Of a DNA stretch of 32,000 nucleotides, positions 25,912 to 32,000 are shown in pieces. Positions within the stretch are counted from its first letter, which is position 1, and each line of letters opens with the position of its first letter. Origin of the DNA: Okeania sp. (lineage in GTDB: Bacteria; Cyanobacteriota; Cyanobacteriia; Cyanobacteriales; Microcoleaceae); assembly GCF_035285525.1 (NCBI RefSeq), contig NZ_JAYKGW010000090.1:30001-62000 (forward strand), written 5' to 3'. Under the pieces are notes generated by a model. The model worked only from the letters and a program-made list of their open reading frames with translations. It was not told where the DNA came from and ran no database searches. Position numbers and translations under genes: made by a program.

Positions 25912-26364
25912 TTAAGCGGGAGCAGTTGCTAACTCTTTATCCTCTGTTTCTGTTGCTTCTGGCGGTTTTTCTGCTTCTCTATCCATGAGGTATCTTATCC
26001 TTTTAAACAAATCGACTTCTGCCGGTTCTTGGTCTGTTAATTTATCATAGAAATAGGGAATGGTAAACCATTGAGAAAACGCTACTCTTAACAAGCCGTT
26101 TGGCCTTAAATTAAAGCGCCAATATTTAGATAGTCGATCGTCTACTACCTCAAACAACGGGGCGGGATTTTGCATCGGGTAATACATATAATGGTCGTCA
26201 GCAATGTAGTACCAAATTTGTCCTTTCCATTCATAAAAAGCATAAACAACATACTCTTTGCCAATAGTTAATCCAAATTCTAGGTCTCTAGTGTAACCTC
26301 CATTAGGATCGAGATCATGCTCTGGCAGAGATGCGCCAGTGTTAGCGATACAACGAATTTTCAT
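25912..26364 (-). CDS. Uncharacterised 150-aa protector/immunity-like protein (cassette copy 2, intact)
   Basis: ATG at 26364..26362 (MKIRCIANTGASLPEHDLDP...). It is the paralog of 23134..23586. Confidence 0.7.
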   Translation of the reverse strand: MKIRCIANTGASLPEHDLDPNGGYTRDLEFGLTIGKEYVVYAFYEWKGQIWYYIADDHYMYYPMQNPAPLFEVVDDRLSKYWRFNLRPNGLLRVAFSQWFTIPYFYDKLTDQEPAEVDLFKRIRYLMDREAEKPPEATETEDKELATAPA

Positions 26365-26377
26365 GGGTTGATGTTCC

Positions 26378-26685
26378 TTATTGATTTTTAGGTGCTGTTT
26401 TGGGATATTCCCGTTTAAATTTGAACTCAACGTTTTGAGCTGTTTTGTTGTTTCTATACCAATGGACTTGTACGGAAGCTCCATCAATTAATACAGACTG
26501 TTTAGTTGTCATTTGATCCCAGTCTTCGAGAGAACCGCCATAGTTGGCCACAAGTTGCGAAGCGTATCTTAGCGGTTCTTTACTGCCATTAAAGATGGTC
26601 TTACTTTGCCCTTTTTGGCATCTTCTAGAAGTAGTTGCTATTCTAAGTTATTGGGTGTTTCATCGGGAATCGGGCCTGTTGTCAC
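26378..26685 (-). pseudogene. Inactivated paralog of the 102-aa toxin-like gene (cassette copy 2)
   Basis: Same GTG start context (VTTGPIPDETPNNLE). An in-frame TAG at 26638..26640 replaces the Glu codon of copy 1. The gene is 308 nt against 309 nt, with a 1-nt loss near the A/G run at 26605..26620. After the shift the frame reads ...GSKEPLRYASQLVANYGGSLEDWDQMTTKQSVLIDGASVQVHWYRNNKTAQNVEFKFKREYPKTAPKNQ. Confidence 0.75.
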
Positions 26686-26774
26686 AGTGTTGTTTTTTGC
26701 TTGGTAAAAAAGGTTGATTCTAATTATAAAATAAAAGCGATCACTCTTGATAAAAACCAAACTTAGGGAAAGCC

Positions 26775-26807
26775 AGAAACCCGGTTTTTCGGAAAAACCG
26801 GGTTTCT
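26775..26807. repeat. Island hairpin repeat, copy R5
   Basis: AGAAACCCGGTTTTTCGGAAAAACCGGGTTTCT, followed by CAAAGGGC as in R2. Confidence 0.8.
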
Positions 26808-26826
26808 CAAAGGGCATAATTAACAT

Positions 26827-27858
26827 TAGAGTTGTTGGGAAATAACTTAGGTTAGAAAAAAACTCAAACGAAAACTGATAGATTTCCTGAGTAATTTGAT
26901 TACTTATGCTGCCATCAGATATAAGTTCCACGGGTACAGTTGCTGTTAGCATTAATTTGTCATCAAAATCATACTTATGATTACGATAAATCTGACTGAC
27001 AACTCCATAACGTTTCATACCCTTGATATGCGTTTTCACATACTACCCTTGATTGGCTCAATTTCCGATTTTCTAATTTTTGTTGCTCACTTAACTCTCC
27101 CCCTTTTGGTTTTTTATGGGGAATGCGGATATTTTCATACTGATGCGTGGATACCTTGGAAACCACTGTCTACTTGAATCGGAATCTCTACAGGTATATT
27201 TCAAGCGCAATTTCTCCTGATCATGGAACTTCTTATCATGTAGCTTTCCTTCTCGTGCCTGGCTCAATACCAGTACTTTCTGGTTTTGATTGACTGCAAC
27301 TAAATGTTTACGAGTGTGACGCTTTTTTTTTCCCGAATAATTCAGTTTTGGTTTTTCTGAGTCAGTTAGTCGTTGCACTGGCCGCTGAAGTGCCATCCAT
27401 TATCACTCGTTTTACTCCAGGGAAACGTTCTATGAATCCTTGGACACTGTTAACTTGACGCTCTGGTAGCACCTTTTTTTCTTCCAGAGCTGCTTCTAAT
27501 GCTAGGGGTTGTCAGCGATGAACCCAATAATGTGCCTGACTACGGTCGATATCAAATAAGATACCAGCTCAATCAAAAGTTGGGTAACACTTAAAGTAGA
27601 ATAGAATGTCAAACAATTTGTCTTGATTGGTGCGTAAACGAGCCTTACGGCCTCCTCCAATAGAGCGTTGACGAGGTTTTGAGTGCAATGTTTGCTCATA
27701 CATTTGAGCAAAGGACTCCAACAAAGATTCAAATGCTTTACGGTTTAATCCCGTTAATCCTCTGAGTAACCTGTCTGGTTTTAAGGCTCGTTCAATATTT
27801 AGCATTTTTATGGCCAATTTCTTCTTGAATCATTTTACCTTATTTCCCAACAACTCTA
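26827..27858 (-). mobile_element. Degenerate IS element (IS5-family / Harbinger-like, DDE_Tnp_4-type transposase) with 19-bp perfect terminal inverted repeats
   Basis: TAGAGTTGTTGGGAAATAA at 26827..26845 is the exact reverse complement of TTATTTCCCAACAACTCTA at 27840..27858. The interior encodes transposase pieces in three frames. Confidence 0.8.
26890..27817 (-). pseudogene. IS transposase gene, multiply frameshifted (approximate 3' limit)
   Basis: HTH_Tnp_4-like N-terminus LTGLNRKAFESL...GGGRKARL...LFYFKCYPTFD (27569..27817). DDE_Tnp_4 core NYSGKKKRHTRKHL...GKLHDKK (27091..27396). C-terminal pieces IPHKKPKGGELSEQQKLENRKLSQSRVVCENA and IKGMKRYGVVSQIYRN lie in other frames. There are several stops and an A9 run at about 27326. 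Confidence 0.75.
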
Positions 27859-27938
27859 TTAAATGAATAGAAAACCTGTAGGGGGGTTTCATGTCGCGCA
27901 GCAAAATGCTATTCGCCCTTAACCTTTTATTATCAATT

Positions 27939-27975
27939 AAAAAAACGCCCCGGTCGTAATATCGGGGCGTTTTTT
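27939..27975 (-). terminator. Bidirectional intrinsic terminator downstream of the RTX gene
   Basis: AAAAAACGCCCCG-GTCGTAATAT-CGGGGCGTTTTTT: an 8-bp GC-rich stem flanked by an A-run and a T-run. It is followed by a second palindrome, GGGAGCGATCGCTCCC, at about 27982..27997. Confidence 0.8.
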
Positions 27976-28027
27976 GGTTGGGGAGCGATCGCTCCCAACT
28001 ACTAAACTGGTTTACTCACCGCAGTTT

Positions 28028-31000
28028 CTAAAGCTGAATCCTAAAATCCGTGACACCAATATCCGGCGCACCCTCTAATTTAACAAACAAACCGCCATTC
28101 CCCAAACCAGCTTTGTTACCATTACTATTGTAAAACAGTTCTCCGCTCTCGTCATTGTAAACAATAAATGCTTTGCTGCTAGCAACCTCGGCAGCATCAT
28201 CAACAACTGCAAATTCCCGTTTGCGACTGAAACTATTACCTTGAAGACTCTTGATAACTTTAAACGCGCTTTTGTCGAGAATAAGTTTGTCTTCACCCAA
28301 TATAAAGTCAGTTATTTCATCGGTTTCTGTTTTCTTAAAGTCAGCAAAAATAAAGGAATCTCTGCCTTTGCCTCCAGTTAATATATCCTCCCCTTTACCG
28401 CCATTGAGTTTGTCTTTACCCTTGCCTCCAAGTAGGGTGTCGTTGCCGTTTTTCCCCAACAGTTTGTCGTTACCGCCCTTGCCATCTAACACATCGTCTA
28501 GATTACTGCCTCTGAGAGTATTTCTACGATTGTTGCCGTTTTTAATAATGCCTTGGTTTGGGTTATTTAAGGAGTCAATTATTTCCTGACCCGTGAGGTT
28601 ATCCACAGTCTCAATGAAACCTTCACCTTTGTTGCCTTTTTCGTCGAAAAAGTTGTTAATAGTCAGTTCTTTAGTAATTACTATCTTACCATTTTTCTCC
28701 TCCAATAATTGGGAAGACTCTCCACTAAAGAGTTCCATCAGTTCTTTGTCGATATTTTGCTTGATCGTAGCGATCTTCCCATTTCCATCAATATCTATTA
28801 CTAGATCGGTACCTTGACGCAAAAAGCCAGTCTTGCCTTTAGCTAAACCACCTTCAGAAAGATCGACATCTTCTAGTTCGAGACGATCTTTACCACCAGT
28901 ATCAATGATCTGACTACCAGATGCGTTTTTAGCTTGGAGTATGTATAAATCATCTCCATCACCACCGTTCAAAATATCAGCATCGCCTCCACCTTCGAGA
29001 GTATCTTTCCCATCACCACCTTCGAGACTGTCGTTTCCAGTACCACCATCTACTTCATCATCACCTACACCACCAGATATAATGTCTTGACCATCACCAC
29101 CACTAATCACATCTGCTTGATTTCCTGAAGTTGATTTCAGTTGAAAATCTCCCAAGATAAAATCGTTTCCAGTACCACCAAACATTGTGTCAGCACCTTC
29201 ACCTCCAGACATAATATCTTCTCCAGCATTACCCCAGATTTGGTCGTCACCACCTTTGGCATAAACTGCATCATCTCCATCAAGAGACCTGATAACATCT
29301 GCCTCATCTTGACCAACCAAATGATTATCTTGACTGGTATCAACTAATTTTTTGCTGTTCTGTGCGACTCCAAAAATTGTTTCTAACTCCTCTATGTCTG
29401 TTATATTTGTAGGATTCAAAACCAAGTGAGTTAAATGAGAATATCCTTCGGGTTCAGCGATGGTGTAGGTGACATCAATGGTTGCGGATGTGGCAGTTAC
29501 AGTTTTAGGTAGTTTGACTTTCCAAGCATCTTTGGCGCTGTTGACGGTAATAGTTTTACCATCCTGAGTTACTTCTAGATTGCTAATTACTAGATCGTCT
29601 AAAGTGTAGAGATTTTTTACTTCTATATCGGGATCGCTAAAGTTCTGGAGGAGAAATTCTTTGGGCAGGCTAAATTCTTTTAAACCACTGGGTAGATCGT
29701 AATCCCAGCGAGCTGGTGTTTGACCAGGTTGACGAATATTACCCTCAGCCAAATCTACGCGATCGACTGCCCATTCGTTATCAAGTTGTATTTGAGCAGT
29801 TTGGCCGTCAGTTGTAATAGCTTCCGAATAAAAGAGACGCGATCGCTGGTCGTTACCAAAGGGATCGAGAATAGGCTCGTTAGCTTTTTTACTCTTGTTA
29901 TAAACTGAGTCTGGTACGAGGATGGAGTTAACATCTTCTGTCTCAAACTTAATCAAACCAATTCCAAATAGCAGATCGACTGTACCATCTGGTTTTGTTA
30001 CTTCTACTGCATTTTCATAAGTTTCGGAAGCTCGGATCGCATAATCCTGAGAACTACCTTCCGTGTAAACTACCACATCGCTCAAGAATGGAGAAGTAAA
30101 ACCATCGAAAGCTACAGGCTCCCCAGTAGTTGAAGTAGAAGCAGACATTATAAAAACGTTTTCCCCAGGGCTAATAATAGTATTGTTACCCCCGCCGGAA
30201 TAAATAAAATTATAGGTGTTGGCATCGGCAACTAATTTATCATCTCCTTCTCCTAAGTGGTAGCTAACCATCGGTACATATTGAGCATAAGATGTTTTTG
30301 GGAAATTACTCTCTAGAGGTTGAGAGGTAAATGGTTTAACTTTTTGTAAATCATTTTTAGTGAAATTGAAATCAGAGCTTATGTTTGCGTATTCAGCATT
30401 TAAGATTGTGTCTGCTTTATCAGTAAATATAACTTCAGGAATGTAGCTGCTATATACTCCGCCTACTCCTCCTGGTAGTTCTGTATTGTCAAAGGCATCT
30501 TTTAAACTACTGAAGTCAACCCTGTTCACTTTTCCTAATGCGAACCAATGGGTTCCATCCAGAACTTTTGTACTTTCAAAAACAACCTCATCAAATATAT
30601 CGTCATCTATTCCTAAGGTTAGCGCACTCCTAATATTATCTTTGAGAATAACTTTCCGATAGGCGTCATCTTGATTAGGTTGTCTCCCACGAATTAAAAT
30701 GTTTTCTACAAGAGACCAACCAATAGTAAAGGTTTGTTTTGACGGTGACTGCAAGGAATAGCGTTCGTCGCTACCTACTTCTTTTCTAGCTGAAGATCCC
30801 GCCAAGTCAGCAGAAGCTATAATCAAAGATTTTAAGTCAGCATCAATGCGATCGAGAGTGAAGAAAGGTCCACTGCGACTTTCTCGGGGATCGTAATATT
30901 TAATAAAGTTAGAGTCATCAATTTCAACTTCCACTTCTGATAAGTCGGAAACACCTATCTTTCTCTCAAGTGCTTGAGTTTCCAAGACAAGAGTATATTC

Positions 31001-31942
31001 TGAGTCTTTGAGATTACCTGAAGGATTTAAGTCATTGCCACCAGCACTAAAAATACCGTAGATTCTGCCATCTGTGGGGTGGGTTACTAAATGGTTTAAT
31101 CCTACCTCTCCCCCTAAGTTGACAATCCTCAGAGTATGGGGAGACTTACTCAAGTCTCCACTCAGGGCAGTAATTTCACCAGGGTTAACAGCAGAAATAA
31201 AGGCATCGTAAGTACCTGGAGCGCTTTCAAAATAGACAGAATTAGTGCCACCACCCAAGTCTATAATATCCTGGTAAATAGACGAACCTTCTGGCAGTAA
31301 AAACAACTCACCTCCATGAATATTTTTCTTAAGATAGGGATTTTTCCAACGCAAAGCATCAGTAAGAGTAATATTTGCTTCTGTTTCATTGGTGTGTAGC
31401 TGTAGGGTATCATTTCCCGAACCTAAAATATAAGGCGCTCCTCTATTATACCCAATCGGAACCTTCAGCCGATCGGGACCTTGGGTTCCAGTTAAAACCC
31501 CCACTGGTAGGTCAATAGCATAAACATCTGGGGGTGAACCGCCTAAGAAAAGATCGGGTTGGCGATCGCCAACATCACCTAAACTGGTAAAGTCCATCTT
31601 TATTCCTTCGGTGCTTGCTTGCAGCTCATCGGAAAGAATAATTCTTTCTATGTTGTCAAGTTTAGTGTTATTATTCTTGTTATCAACTTTGAGATTATAA
31701 GATACATCTGTTCGATCTAATGATATGTCTGTGCCATTGAAATTTTTTCCATTATACACATCTGAGTCTAAGATAAATACATCTCCAGCACTTGCAGTAA
31801 ATTCACTGATAGGGTTGTCAAAAGGATCTTTGTAAGTTCTGGGCTTTACTTGGTTGCTCTCGTCTCCCCCATCAACAATATCATTACCAAGACTCAGTTG
31901 ACCAGCATCAGGACTATCAGGACAACAAGTCAGGTAGTGCAA
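28028..31942 (-). CDS. Large RTX-type calcium-binding protein with a type I secretion C-terminal target domain
   Basis: 1304-aa ORF. There are two blocks of GGxGxD nonapeptide repeats, at about 28960..29340 and 28352..28520 (e.g. GGDGQDIISGGVGDDEVDGGTGNDSLEGGDGKDTLEGGGDADILNGGDGDD). The C-terminus is DEITDFILGEDKLILDKSAF...LFYNSNG...VTDFRIQL. The 5' end is uncertain: the only start candidate is a TTG at 31942, preceded by an in-frame TGA. Confidence 0.8.
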   Translation of the reverse strand: MHYLTCCPDSPDAGQLSLGNDIVDGGDESNQVKPRTYKDPFDNPISEFTASAGDVFILDSDVYNGKNFNGTDISLDRTDVSYNLKVDNKNNNTKLDNIERIILSDELQASTEGIKMDFTSLGDVGDRQPDLFLGGSPPDVYAIDLPVGVLTGTQGPDRLKVPIGYNRGAPYILGSGNDTLQLHTNETEANITLTDALRWKNPYLKKNIHGGELFLLPEGSSIYQDIIDLGGGTNSVYFESAPGTYDAFISAVNPGEITALSGDLSKSPHTLRIVNLGGEVGLNHLVTHPTDGRIYGIFSAGGNDLNPSGNLKDSEYTLVLETQALERKIGVSDLSEVEVEIDDSNFIKYYDPRESRSGPFFTLDRIDADLKSLIIASADLAGSSARKEVGSDERYSLQSPSKQTFTIGWSLVENILIRGRQPNQDDAYRKVILKDNIRSALTLGIDDDIFDEVVFESTKVLDGTHWFALGKVNRVDFSSLKDAFDNTELPGGVGGVYSSYIPEVIFTDKADTILNAEYANISSDFNFTKNDLQKVKPFTSQPLESNFPKTSYAQYVPMVSYHLGEGDDKLVADANTYNFIYSGGGNNTIISPGENVFIMSASTSTTGEPVAFDGFTSPFLSDVVVYTEGSSQDYAIRASETYENAVEVTKPDGTVDLLFGIGLIKFETEDVNSILVPDSVYNKSKKANEPILDPFGNDQRSRLFYSEAITTDGQTAQIQLDNEWAVDRVDLAEGNIRQPGQTPARWDYDLPSGLKEFSLPKEFLLQNFSDPDIEVKNLYTLDDLVISNLEVTQDGKTITVNSAKDAWKVKLPKTVTATSATIDVTYTIAEPEGYSHLTHLVLNPTNITDIEELETIFGVAQNSKKLVDTSQDNHLVGQDEADVIRSLDGDDAVYAKGGDDQIWGNAGEDIMSGGEGADTMFGGTGNDFILGDFQLKSTSGNQADVISGGDGQDIISGGVGDDEVDGGTGNDSLEGGDGKDTLEGGGDADILNGGDGDDLYILQAKNASGSQIIDTGGKDRLELEDVDLSEGGLAKGKTGFLRQGTDLVIDIDGNGKIATIKQNIDKELMELFSGESSQLLEEKNGKIVITKELTINNFFDEKGNKGEGFIETVDNLTGQEIIDSLNNPNQGIIKNGNNRRNTLRGSNLDDVLDGKGGNDKLLGKNGNDTLLGGKGKDKLNGGKGEDILTGGKGRDSFIFADFKKTETDEITDFILGEDKLILDKSAFKVIKSLQGNSFSRKREFAVVDDAAEVASSKAFIVYNDESGELFYNSNGNKAGLGNGGLFVKLEGAPDIGVTDFRIQL

Positions 31943-32000
31943 ATATCACAGTAGAAGCAACATCCAACGGTCAAACCGTTACTGATACTTTCACTGTCTC

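Noticed and set aside
22973-27940. Possibility that the hairpin repeats mark a CRISPR array or an integron cassette array
   Set aside because: There are only five repeats at irregular spacing of about 0.9 kb, with whole genes between them. There are no cas genes, no intI gene and no RYYYAAC/GTTRRRY attC-type ends. This is better described as a dispersed palindromic repeat at module junctions.
28028-28351. Idea that the RTX gene is the parent polymorphic toxin whose orphan tips are the 102-aa ORFs
   Set aside because: The RTX protein ends in a T1SS-type secretion domain, not a toxin tip. It shares no visible sequence with the conserved VTTGPIPDETPNNLEEQLLLE start of the small ORFs. A strong terminator and an IS lie between them.
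28075-29946. Short ORFs on both strands inside the RTX gene (28075..28296, 28251..28589, 28593..28817, 29137..29343, 29141..29347, 29720..29908, 29755..29946)
   Set aside because: They are embedded in the long, repeat-supported RTX frame. Their Ser/Leu/Pro-rich translations are antisense or frame-shifted images of the Gly/Asp repeats.
1-32000. tRNA, rRNA, tmRNA, riboswitch or group I/II intron signatures
   Set aside because: No cloverleaf-compatible segment with a T-arm GTTCGAATC-like box, no rRNA-like conserved blocks and no recognisable riboswitch cores were seen on visual scan. This is a weak negative, since no covariance-model search could be run.

Overview
The window looks like a chromosomal segment from a filamentous (Nostocales-type) cyanobacterium. 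It is AT-rich, carries many copies of the HIP1 octamer GCGATCGC, has several heptanucleotide tandem repeats (STRR-like), and has several families of small hairpin or MITE-like dispersed repeats at gene boundaries. No tRNA, rRNA or CRISPR array was seen.

Housekeeping and core genes: folE, a phosphohexomutase, sdhA, an LpxB-related protein, an ankyrin-repeat protein, a CHASE hybrid histidine kinase, and a large FAD-dependent oxidoreductase that may be a CruA/CruP-type lycopene cyclase.

Accessory content:
- A patatin-like phospholipase convergent with a GDSL lipase.
- A complete DUF2282 / DUF692 (MNIO) / DUF2063 three-gene cluster, i.e. a bufferin-type RiPP metallophore locus, at 18.07-20.42 kb.
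- A decayed AAA-ATPase plus DUF3226-like pair.
- Decayed toxin-antitoxin genes: a Uma2 gene with an in-frame TGA, and a vapB-like gene with a truncated PIN gene.
- A mosaic island of about 5 kb (22.97-27.94 kb), bounded by a repeated ATTATCAATTA motif and punctuated by five copies of a GAAACCCGG...CCGGGTTTC hairpin repeat. It holds two paralogous copies of an uncharacterised two-gene cassette (102-aa toxin-like ORF plus 150-aa protector-like ORF), one intact and one with the upstream gene inactivated. It also holds a 3' remnant of a third copy, a DUF4058 gene, a UPF0175/DUF3368 pair and a degenerate IS5/Harbinger-like IS.
- A 1304-aa RTX-type calcium-binding protein with a type I secretion C-terminal domain, which fills the last 4 kb.

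Best leads: the duplicated uncharacterised two-gene cassette and its repeat-delimited island, the cyanobacterial bufferin-like cluster with atypical organisation, and an in-frame repeat-element insertion inside the LpxB-related gene.
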